Shown: in pieces, positions 53,298-64,000 of the stretch
Numbering within the stretch: the first letter of the stretch is position 1
How the letters are laid out: every line of letters begins with the position of its first letter
Source: Sphyrna mokarran
Lineage: Eukaryota
Assembly: GCA_024679065.1 (NCBI GenBank)
Contig: JAGIQG010000043.1
Span: forward strand, 2,232,001 to 2,296,000
Direction of reading: 5' to 3'
Length of the DNA stretch: 64,000 nt
Position numbers and translations under genes: made by a program
Notes under the pieces: generated by a model
The model's input: the letters and a program-made list of their open reading frames with translations, nothing else
Databases searched by the model: none
Told to the model about the DNA's origin: nothing

Positions 53298-56200
53298 TTA
53301 AAATTTTGGATCCTCGTTAAAGGCCAGGCGAGCGTAAAGTGTCTGTGGATGAAAAGTGATCTGTTAGCGTGATACACACCATTATTATAGTGACAGGTGA
53401 GACCATTGAGTCCCCCCATTCCTCCGTCTCCCCCCCACTCCATTCAATCGGCTCATGGCTGCAAGGTAACTCAACTCACAGTCACCCACTAATATTGAAT
53501 AATCCTTAATCCCTCCCTAATATAAACCTAACTGTCGCATCTCTGGAGTTCTAGTTTCCTAATGCTCTATATCACTTTTTACTGACCAGAATTCCGCCTT
53601 GCGTTCTGTGAAGATTTATTATTCTCACATATGTGAGTATGCACTGAAATGTAATGATTCTTGCCCACTGTAAAGACAAAGTGTATTGTGTATGGAGAAT
53701 GAAAGGAGAAGGTACAGATTATAGTGTTACAGTGATAGACAGGCTTGAAGAGAAAGTTCAACTTAACATCAGACAGGTCAATTCTAATGTCTGATGGCAG
53801 CAGGGAAGGAGCTATCCTTGCGTGACCTCAGAATTATATATCTTTTTTTCCCGAAGAAAGAAGGTGGAGAAATAAAACGTTTGCGGGGTGCGCGGGGTCC
53901 TTGATAATGGTGGCTGTTTATATAGAAACATAGAAGATAGCAGCAGGGAAAAGACATTTGGCCCTTTGGTTCTGCTCCACCATCCATTATGATCGTCCAG
54001 CCCAATCGTTTAATCCTACTTTCTTCCCATAATTTTCGCTCCCAAGTGCTGTATCCAGCCGCCCGTTGAATACATTCAATGTTTTGGCATCAACTACTTT
54101 CTGTGATAATGAATTGCACAGGGTCACCGAGTGAAGAAATGTCTCCTCACCTCCGTCCTAAATGGTCTGTCCCAAAACCTCAAACTGTGACCCCTGATTC
54201 TGGACTCCCTCCACTATCGGGAACATCCTTCCTGTACTCTATCAATGGTATGCTTTGTCTGTATAGTAGACAAGAAACAATTCTTTTCACTGTATCCCAA
54301 TACACGTGACAATAATAAATCAAATCAAATCAAATATTCCATGAATGAATTAAACAAAAAGGCTAACTTGAAAGGAGTTATTCGGCCTCGAAGATTTCTC
54401 TGTCCATGGAAGCCGCCAGGCTTGTTGACGTTTTCTAGAATTTTCTGTGTTCATTGTCAATTCCAAACCGCGGATAAATAATTAATGAAAAGTATCCGTG
54501 CGGTATGTCAAAAAAAATCCATTCATTCACCTCTTTATTCTGTTTGTGTTCTCTGGATTCTGTCAGTTCCTCATCACTATTCGCGGTTCCTGTTAGAAAG
54601 AGGGATTTAAATTGAAATTTAAAATGGATTAATTTCACACCGAACCCGCTCAGAAGTGTCAATAACTCGTTGATAAACGTGTGGAATGAGAGCGCCACGG
54701 AGCAACAGATTCCCCCAACAATCGTTACCTCTCTGCCGGTTCCTGCAGATCCTTCTTCCGGCCACAAGGACCAATCCCAGAAGGAGAAGCGCCGCACCCG
54801 ACAAACCCCCAGAAAATACTAAATGACAGATGACCGAGAACGGAGAATCTGCAAAAAAGCATTAAACTTTCTGTCAACAGAAATCAAGCGTGAAAATAAT
54901 TAAACAAGCAAGGATCTTGTTCAATCTAACTGTCCAATTCGACCGGAAAATGGTAAAATTTTGCACACTTTCCCTTCATGTAAGAGTCGCACTTTTACAT
55001 TAGAACACTAGGCGCGGCAGAGAGAGATAGTGACAGAGAGATTGAACACTTTTTGAATAGGGCACACAGGGAGATGGAGGGAGAGAGTGGAAGATTCAGA
55101 CAGAGTATAATCATATAATCCCACAGTGCAGAAGAAGACCATTCGGGCCATCGAGTCTGCACTACCCTATCCCCGACACCCCACGTATTTAATCTGCTAA
55201 TCCACCTGACTTTTGGCTCAATTTAGCATGGCCAATCCACTTAACCCGCGTACGTTTGGACACTGAAGGGCAATTTGTCATATCTAATCTAACTAACCTA
55301 CATATCTCCGATACTAAGGAGCAATTTACCATGGCTTATTCGCCTAACTTATACATCCTTTGACATTAAGGGCAATTTGCCATGGTTAATCCACCTAGCC
55401 TTCACATCCTTTGGCACGAAGGAGCAATTTACCACGGCTGGTCCGTTTAACCTACACATCCGTTGACGCTAAGGGGCATGTACCATGGCTGATCCACCTA
55501 ACCGACACATCCTTTGGACACTAAGGGACATGGCCAATCTTTGGAATTTGTGGGAAAACAGGAGCACCCGCGGGAAGGCCGATGTAATTGAAAGGGATTG
55601 AAGTACTGGGAGGCGAAGGGTTCATTGCTGTGCTGAGATCGAGAGCAATACTGGGGATAGAATCACACATTTCAATTTTACACACTGACAGATTGGTCCC
55701 TGATCTTCAGATGCGTCATGTTGTCTCTGCCAGACACAAGAAGTGGAAGAGGAGAAGAGGCCATTCGGCCTACCTCGTCAATTCTGCCATCCAACATCAC
55801 CATGCCTCACCATGTACGTAATATTCACTTCTCCGCTCTTTCTCTTACTCATTAATCTATCCGCTCTCACAAATGTGTTTCAGTGGTTGAACATCCACGG
55901 TTCATAACGGTAGCGAAGAAGAGGAAAAATATCAGAAAATGAAACTGGGAGGATTATGATAGGACAGTGCTGATTTCGATATTCATGGATGCCTGCAGAG
56001 ACACTTGTAATTTACAAAATTAGGTTGCTTTTAGTAAAGTGTACCGTTATTATTAAATGGATTGAAAAATAGTCACTGTGAACAGCTACCTTTCTGAGAT
56101 GAGAAACTGTTACTGAGAATACTGTCACTGGAATTGACCCGAACGGCGCAGGTACAGCGAACACCGCTTCTCCAAGTTTCCGCCGAGAGACTGATGTAAC

Positions 56201-58432
56201 TCCTGACGGTGTAGGTCCCGTCCGGCTCCAGTGTCCCCGAATCGGTCTGTCCCTCGGTATCTCTCCCCGAAACATTCCAGTGGACAGGAAAAGAATCGGG
56301 AGACACACCTCTGACCAGGCACATCAATGGGACCCTTTCCATGGCGGGAATCTCATCCAGAGGCGGGGTGAGGAGGAATATGGTGGAAGAACCCGCTAAA
56401 TCCGGCAAATGAAATGGAGAACACTCATTAATTGGTGGAACAGGACACTTTAATTGCTCTGAGATACCCACTGCAATAGAATATTTATGAGATTTACCTG
56501 TAATCACTAATTTGGAGCCATTTCCGAATATTTGGGTCATGTTCTGATAAATGCGCTTTGCACAGTAATACATCCCAGAGTCATTTATTTGGGAATCCGT
56601 AATGATTAGTGAATAAATACGCCCATTTTCAGAAATCTGGCTGGAAAATCTCCCGTCAGCTTGGCTGTTCTTGTATGCTCTGTAAATGAAATCCATGCCG
56701 TTTCTCCCCCTCTGTCTGTACCAGAAGACAGAGCCAACAGCTTGACCCTGGATGCGGCAGCTGAGATTAACAGGACTCCCCGCAGGGAGCGTCTGAACCG
56801 GCGGAGACTGGGACACGGTGACCTGAGACATTGTAACTGGGAAAGAGAAACGGAGAGCACAACAGTCACCTCAGGTAATGGAACATTCCCTGAATCCCTA
56901 CAGTGCAGAAAGAGGCCATTTGGTCCATCGACTTTGCACTGATCACAATCCCTCCTATCCCTATTTCCGCAATATTTACACTGCTAATCTCCTGTTACGA
57001 AGGGGCAATTTAGAACAAAGAACAAATTAGCATGGGAAACAGGCCCTTCGGCCCAACGAGCCCACGCCGCCACCCCGATGTTTCCACCTCTACACGTGAT
57101 CCCTGTCCATATTTATAGATCTATGGATTAAAAACCAAATTTGAGACAATTTAGGGAGAATTTGTTTTGCCAATCCCTAGTTAGACAACAAGGTGGATCA
57201 AAGCACCCGTAGGATAAAAACAAGTACATCAATATCATCATCTATTTACACGCTTCCCAGGGAATCCCAACGCTTATGATCCCTTTTTAAAATCAGTTTT
57301 CTATACCCCTCCATTCCCCTGCTGTTCATGTGCCCATCTAAGTATCTCTTAAATAACTCCAGAGTGCCTGCCTCCACCACTTTACTTGGCAGTGCATTCC
57401 ATACCCCATCACCCTTTGTGTGAAAAAACCACCGCTAGCATGCAAATTATACCTTACCCCCCCCTCACCCTTTGCCCGTGACTCCTCGTGCTATTCAAGT
57501 CCATCCTAGGAAAAGGCTTAACCCTGTTTACTCTATCTATACCCCTCATAATCTTGTACACCTCTATTAGATCTCTTCTAAGTCTATAGCGTGGCCATTC
57601 ATACTAACCCGCGCATTTTTGAACTTTTGGGGGAAGAGGAGCATCCGGAGGAAACCCACGCAGACACGGGGAAAACGTGCAACCTCTGCACGGGAATCCA
57701 AGCCTGGCGCTGTGATGTGACAGCGTTAACCCACTGCTGAGATGTTCCAGCACTTTCTAATTTTGCTTCGATTTTTCCCCTCCTCCGTTGACTTTGGGAG
57801 CTAAAGTCTGTTCAGAAATTTATAACTGATTCTGAAGTTCTACTTGAAAATCTTTCTCTTCCAAGTCGCCAATATTGTTAAGGGAGCCAATTATATAGAA
57901 TATCTCAGGAGAAATGGCAAATCGGATTAATTCCATTCCAATCATTGTTATGAATCGACGTTGCATTTTCTCAGCAACATTTGATTCATTGTTAAGTTAA
58001 ACTTGCACGCTAGATCACAACTTACAGAACAGATGAAGCTCGGAGTGAGGGGACCTTCGGCCCTTCCAATTTGAGTTGAATTTGTGAAAGATGTCACTAA
58101 TATTATTGAATTTCACCCCTTTATATTTGTATCCACTTCACCCATTTTGAAAGTTCCATTTCCCCCGTTTGAAAGTTCCTGTTGGACCTGCTTCCTCCGC
58201 CATTTGAGACAAAACTTTCCAGATCACAACAACTCAGATGGGTTAAAAAATCCCCTAATCTCCCTCTCTACTTTTACCAAATTCATATTCCCTTGGTTCC
58301 AGAAACTCTTGCCAACGGAATCAATTTCTGCCTCTTCGCTCTATCCAAATCCTTCTCCACTCTATCTGAATATAATGAGGATATCTCACCCTGGAAGAGA
58401 TGGAACAATGCACAGATACCGAGGAAACCCAT
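53298..58432 (-). CDS. Non-rearranging VJ-C1-TM-ITSM/ITIM immunoglobulin-superfamily receptor (PRARP/VJC1-like), copy 2, 303 aa
   Basis: complement(join 53298-53342, 54531-54589, 54729-54848, 56090-56395, 56498-56836, 58390-58432). Same exon lengths and splice sites as copy 1, open frame. CDR3 is AKRIYQNMTQIF; stalk/TM is DSPFSVICHLVFSGGLSGAALLLLGLVLVAG. Confidence 0.88.
54729..54848 (-). CDS. Copy 2 exon 4, stalk and transmembrane helix
   Basis: 120 nt; uncharged hydrophobic helix followed by RRICRNRQR. Confidence 0.87.
56090..56395 (-). CDS. Copy 2 exon 3, C1-set Ig domain
   Basis: 306 nt; C1 motifs as in copy 1, with 7 aa substitutions. Confidence 0.9.
56498..56836 (-). CDS. Copy 2 exon 2, germline-joined VJ-type IgV domain
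   Basis: 339 nt; WYRQ, YYC and FGNGSKLVI; same splice sites as copy 1. Confidence 0.93.
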
Positions 58433-58593
58433 TCTCCTTGAGCGAGACTGTGAGACTCTGAGCCCCTGATCTGAGGTTCACTGAGAACTCGCTATTGTGC
58501 TCTCTATGTGGGGGTGGAGTGGAATGCACGCACTGTGTACATGAATGAAAACACGACAGGGGTTTGAAAATAGAACCGAGGTACAGAGCTCTC

Positions 58594-58611
58594 TGCGGTT
58601 TTCCTGTTTAC
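58594..58611. promoter_or_regulatory. Candidate lymphoid proximal promoter module (RUNX + ETS/NFAT + Forkhead), copy 2
   Basis: Same 18-mer at the same distance from the copy 2 ATG. Confidence 0.45.
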
Positions 58612-58989
58612 TACAGGTCCAGTGCTGGCGAGCATTCGACATGTTCTCCAAATTGCCTCAAATGTCTCACTCTCATCAATCAATTCCCAGGTAGTGGAAA
58701 GGTGCAGTTAACATTTCACAACGAATGCTACCAGAGATGAGGGCGTGCAACTGTCAGTGAGTCTTGAAGAGGTTGGAGCTCTTTATCTCTGAAAGAAAAA
58801 TTGAAAATCGAGAGCTGATCTACTGAAATATTTACAATTATGAAATGGTTCAACAAGGCAGAAGTAGGATTCCAAAATATTGCAGGATGAATTTGTCGCA
58901 AGCAGGAATTCAGCACAAAAATGTAAATTGGAAGAATGGGGGGAATATAGAACTCGATTGCATAGGGAATGCTTTTGATTTCATTTGAT

Positions 58990-59803
58990 TTGATTTGATT
59001 TATTATTGTCAGATGTATTGGGATGCTGTGAAAAGTACTGTTTCTTGCGCTCTGCACAGACAAAGCCTACCGTTCAGAGAGTACAAAGATTTGAGTATTG
59101 ATTTGTGATAGTTATAGGACGGATATCAGAGGCAGGTTCTTTACCCAAAGGGTGGTTTGGGAGTGGAATGCCCTGCCTGCAGCAGTTGTAGATGCGCCAA
59201 GTTTGGTGGCGTTTAAGAGGTTAGTTGATAAGTATATGAAAGAGAAGGGAATGGTTTAGTTTGGAGGGGCATTGCTTTTTATATTGGTCGGCGCAACATC
59301 GAAGGCTGAAGGGCCTGTTCTGTGCTGTAATGTTCTATGTTCTATGTTCTATGTCACATGTATTGGGATATAGTGAAAAGCATTGTTTCTTGTGCGCTGC
59401 ACAGACAAAGCATACCATTTATAGAGTGCATAGATTTGATTTATTATTGTCACATCTATTGGGATACAGTAAAAATATACCTTCTTGCATGCGTACACGG
59501 ACAAAACATATCGTTCATAGAGTATATAGATTTGATTTAGTACTGTCACATGTATTGGGATACTGTGAAAACTATTGATTCTTACTCACTATATAGACAA
59601 AGTATACCATTCATAGAGTGCATAGAATTGATTTGTTTTTGTCACATGTACTGGCATACAGTGAAAAAGTATTGTTCTTTGCGCGGTATGCAGACAAAGC
59701 ACACGATTCATAGAGTACATTGATTTAATGTATTATTGTGACATGTGCTGGGATTCAGTGAAAAGTAATATTTCTTGCGCGCTATACAAACAAAGATACC
59801 GTT
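58990..59803 (-). repeat. Tandem array of about six ~95-bp units derived from a Rex1-like LINE 3' tail, interrupted by a CR1 tail (about 59105-59353)
   Basis: Unit TTTGATTTATTATTGTCACATGTATTGGGATACAGTGAAAAG...CAGACAAAGCATACC.TTCATAGAGT. The first units are also present at 32117-32320, next to the gap. Confidence 0.8.
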
Positions 59804-60857
59804 GGTGAAAGGTGATAGTAGTGTCAGAATCATCGCCAGGATGTAGAGAAAGTTCAATTTAATGCAGTGTGGGCCCATTTTTCGTTGGATAGTAATTCAC
59901 GTGACAATAATAAATCAAACCAAATCAAATTAAAATGTGCCAATGAATAAAAAGTCGCACTATTAAAGTCGTTCTGATTGTGGCGTGAGTTGCCCCATTT
60001 TCCTCCTCACGTCCACTTGAGACGAATGACAAAGATGCATTTTAACTTGGCAGCTGGATAGACACCAATGAGAGAAAGGAGTAGAAGGATATGTTGATGC
60101 GGTGATAGAAAGAAGGAATGGGGTACCTCTGGAACATTAACAGGCAGCGGATAGGCCGAATGGTGCAAAACTCTTCTGTGCTTTTAATGTAATTGTGTCA
60201 GAAAAAACATGAAATCAAAGCCACCCTTTGATACTCTGATATGTGAACGGTTATTGCTGCCTCTATGCTTTACCTGGGCTGCAAAAGGGCCCACATAATA
60301 ATGGTCCACATTATTTCATAGAGATTACAGTCGCCTAGCTTAATGTCAAGCCTGGCACGAACACAGGATGCCCCCAGTTCTTGGTAGTCGGTGAGATGTC
60401 TTTACTAGTGCACTTACTATTGAAATGTAGGAGATTCAGTCAGGTTCATGCGAAATGGGATGCTGAAAATTGACAATTGACAAAGCTTGGATAAATTAAC
60501 TTATAGAACCATAAAACTCCTATAACACAGAAGGAGGGCCATTCATCCCATTGAGCCTGCACAACCAGCAAACCCACTCCGGCGCAATCGCCGTGACCCC
60601 ACATAGTTAGCTTGCTAATTCCCCTGACACTAAAAGACAATTTAGCATGGCCGATCTACCAAACCTGCACATCTTTATCCACGAAGGAGCAATTTAGCAT
60701 GACCAATCCGGCATCCTGAACATTTTTGGAAAGTTTGGGCCAATTTAGCGTGGCCAATCAACTGAGCATGGCCAATCAGACAACCAGCACATATTTGGCA
60801 ACTTAAGGGGAAATTTTGCACGACCAATCCAGAATATCTATACATCTTTGGACACTA

Positions 60858-61225
60858 GGCCTAATAGGGGTGTTTAAAATTATGAAGGGCATTGATAGGG
60901 TGAACTGTGGAAAGGTTTTTCCCAAGTCGGAGGTGATGAGCACAAGGGGTCACAAGTTCAAGCTGACGGGAAGTGGGGGGGCAACGTTCAGCACAGATGT
61001 CAAGGGGACGAATTTTACACAGGGTGTGGTAGGGGCCTGGAATGCACTGCCAAGCAAGGTGGTTGAGGTGGACACGCTGGGATCGTTTAAGACTTATCTA
61101 GATAACCATGACCATGACCAGACTGGAAGTAGAGGGATACAAACGAATTGTCTAATTGGGCGCACGAACAGCGCAGGTTTGGATGGCCGAAGGGCCTATT
61201 CCTGCGCTGTACTGTTCTTTGTTCT
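60858..61225 (+). mobile_element. CR1 LINE 3' fragment
   Basis: LIGVFKIMKGIDRV..TRGHKFKL..FTQGVVGAWNALP followed by a CR1 tail. Confidence 0.8.
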
Positions 61226-61777
61226 AAGGGGCAATTAAGCATGGTCAATCCACCTAACCAGCACATTGTTGGAAGTTGGCATTTAAACTTACAGTGTTCT
61301 AATTTACAGATTCTGTCCATGGTACCCCAGTCGCCATTTCTATTAATTTCTGTTGCTTCTTTTGGCAAATCCTCTCAAATCAATGCCATGCAAATCTCGG
61401 TATTTTGCCTTTTCATAAATATGGTATTCGTTCTTCTTTTACAGAAATGACAAATGGTGATAGAACACAGAAACAGACAAGGCTCTAAACTCAAAAGCAA
61501 ATAAAAGTAACAGGATTTGTTCTATTTAAGCTAATCTGCGTCCTTTATCTGAATATAGGTTTTCTTAATAAAGGGAGAGTAATATTGTTTATTTATTATT
61601 GTGCTTCTAGAAAGCCAGCATACCCTTTACTGTGAAAAAAAACTTGCTTTACATGACAAACACGCCTATTTAAGTAGCAGCTGACTTGTTACTTGTTCTC
61701 TACATAGCTTAGTAGTGCACTTGCTTTCGACTGTATGATGATCAGTTGACATTCTTGATTAACCATTTACCAAGTGG

Positions 61778-62020
61778 TGGTAGTTATAGGACGGAGGTAG
61801 GTTCTCTACTCACAGGGTAGTAAAGGCGTGGAATGCCCTGCCTGTAGCAGTTGTGGACTCGCCAACTTTAAGGGCGTTCAAATGGCCAGTGGATAGACAT
61901 ATGAATAACATTGGAATAGTTTAGGTTAGAGGGTCATTAGATGGTTCCACTGGTAGGCGCAACATCGAGTGCTGAAGGGCCTGTACTACGCTGTAATGTT
62001 CTACATTCTATGTTCTATGT
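61778..62020 (+). mobile_element. CR1 LINE 3' fragment
   Basis: ORF2 end plus GGCGCAACATCGAG..GAAGGGCCTGT stem and (TGTTCTA)n tail. Confidence 0.75.
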
Positions 62021-63764
62021 CCTATATTCTATTACTGATTAATCTGTGCACTTGGGCACAGTACATTTAGGCACCAACTCCTAATAATCTACCATTGATT
62101 CCTTGAACGATAAAGTTGCCCTGTGATGAGAGACTGAAAAAATATGTTAAATTCTCCGTAGAACAGGAAAATGAGACTTCAACGCATTGAAACACAATAT
62201 TTTGAAGGATGGGTGACATGCCAGATCCGAAAGACTTTGATTCCCCCTTGGCTGGAAAATATGTCACATAACCTCAGGGTAAAGAAATTGCCATTTCAGA
62301 ATGAGAGAAGAATTTTCTGCGCCTAGAGGATAATGGATCTTTGGGATCCACCCAAGTGACCTGTCGATATTCATTCACTCATAACCCGATCCCTGGTGCT
62401 GTGAGACAGCGGCGCTATCCACTATGTCACCGTGCCGCCCAGGAACGTAGTCAATGGAGTAAAAGTCAACGGTGACTGGCACAAGTAGAATCAATGAATG
62501 TAATGCTATTACTGGAAAATAGGGGCACAAGCTATGGATCAAACATCTAGGCTCAAAATTCAAATGTGTAAAAAGTATTTTGAGTCGGAGCTATTCGCTC
62601 TGTTGTGAAACAAGAAACGAGTTAGTATTTTAAAGTCACGAATATTAGAGGAACATTTATTCAAATGTTCCAATTAGACATCCCAGTAGAATCAGCCGCT
62701 TTAGTGAAACAAAGCCCTAATTAGGATACAGTTTGGAACACGGTTTTCCGTGATACTTACAGAAAAGCTTCAACATCACCGCCCCAACAGACCGAACACA
62801 CTTATAAACTGCCAGTGGATAAAATCTTTCATTTTTGGGAGTTCGTCAGTTGATCCAGTGAGAATATTAAAACAGTAAATTCAATGTTCTAGTTTCCTTA
62901 CGAGAATCTATAGCAATTATTCCAACAGGGAACGTTCAAAAGAACGAGAAGGAACAGACCTGGTAGACCAGACCTAGGTCCATATATCTTAATGTGAAGG
63001 CCCTGGTAGAACGAATTAGTGCCACAACAGGTTGGGAGGTGAACAGAGAAGATGCTCCTTCCGGAATCGATGAAGTGCTCTGCAAAAAGAGCTATGACCT
63101 TTAAAGTCAAGGAAAATAGTCGTGAGATTTTCAGCAGAGAGCGGGGCTTGGCAGCAGATAGAGAAAGACAGAGAGGCGTTGGCTGTGGCCACGCTTGCAT
63201 GGTGTGACCTTAAGAGAGACGCCTCGCTCACAGTCCTTTCGGGGACTGTGCAAAAGCAGCAATCGCTGGTCGAGATTCTGACCACGTTGACACAGAAAGT
63301 TGTCCGAGACAGCAGCTCAATGTGGTTTTTCTTTTGTTTACAGTTGAGATGCTACACCTACCCAACTGCCTCCAGAGATCAGAAGCTGAGACACAATGTA
63401 AAACTGCAGGCATTTGGGCATTCGAGGTAGGTTTAGCTGCACAGAGAACCTGCTGGTTTACAACTAAGCCATACTAAAAGAGTATTTGTCACAATTTGGA
63501 AGCATTGCTAATGTTGATTACAATTTGCAGAAACCCCCTCTGATTCACAACAGACGCACTCATTTCATCTGCAGGCCAGAGGAACTGCACTTTGTACATT
63601 CTACACTCAAGCAGCAAATCACTGAGATTTCCGACACAATTTCAATCAAATTACATATAATTCATAGAATATTTTCACTTCTCTTTCTTCAGCTTGCATC
63701 AGGAATCATGTGCAATCTCTTTACAGAATGAATCAGATTGAACACAATTACATTACAACCTACT

Positions 63765-63990
63765 GGCACAGCTTTTAGCAGTGCTGCCTCACAGCCCCTG
63801 GGACCTGGCTTCGATTCCTGCCTTGGGTCACTGTCTGCCTGGAGTCTGAATGTTCTCCTTATGTCTGCGTAGGTTTCCTCCACGTGCTCGGTTTTCCACT
63901 CACAGTCTAAAAATGTGCAGTCCGGGGGATTGGTCTTGCTAAATTGCCTCTTCGTGTCTAAAGATGCATCGTTTAGCCTGATTAGTCATG
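63765..63990 (+). mobile_element. Degenerate V-SINE (HE1-like)
   Basis: TGCTGCCTCACAG head, B-box-like GCTTCGATTCC, V-domain TGTTCTCC..GTCTGCGTAGGTTTCCTCC. Confidence 0.7.
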
Positions 63991-64000
63991 TAAATTTTCC

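Larger units (their letters stand above)
35349..59476 (+). repeat. Segmental duplication unit, copy C (contains receptor gene 2)
   Basis: Direct repeat of copy B. Exons differ by about 3-4% (14/339 nt in V, 10/306 nt in C1), with several TE presence/absence differences. Confidence 0.92.

Noticed and set aside
63765-63830. tRNA gene
   Set aside because: It is a tRNA-derived SINE head followed by the V-domain; there is no cloverleaf.

Overview
Eukaryotic, repeat-rich DNA, almost certainly from a cartilaginous fish (shark or ray). The basis for this is abundant HER1/CR1-type LINEs with (TGTTCTA)n tails, HE1/V-SINE-type SINEs and Rex1-like LINE relics. Most ORF-track entries are retroelement debris or spurious. 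The window is a tandem segmental duplication: a partial copy at 1-6890, a copy at about 7801-32320, a 100-N gap, then a copy at about 35349-59476. Each full copy carries one intact six-exon minus-strand gene that I reconstructed by hand from GT-AG sites (25910-31701 and 53298-58432, 303 aa each). The exons are leader / germline-joined VJ-type Ig domain (WYRQ, YYC, FGNGSKLVI) / C1-set domain / Cys-containing stalk plus uncharged TM / acidic cytoplasmic exon / ITSM-ITIM-like TLYARL tail. This is an antigen-receptor-shaped (TCR or Ig light chain-like VJ-C1) but non-rearranging, probably inhibitory receptor of the PRARP/VJC1 type. The two copies differ most densely in the CDR3-equivalent loop. Side observations: possible secreted and hinge-containing isoforms, a RUNX/ETS/FOX motif cluster upstream of both genes, mosaic conversion-like tracts between the duplicates, a LINE apparently carrying a SINE as its 3' UTR, and three long CR1 copies truncated at almost the same codon. 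Family names rest on motif recognition; no searches were run.
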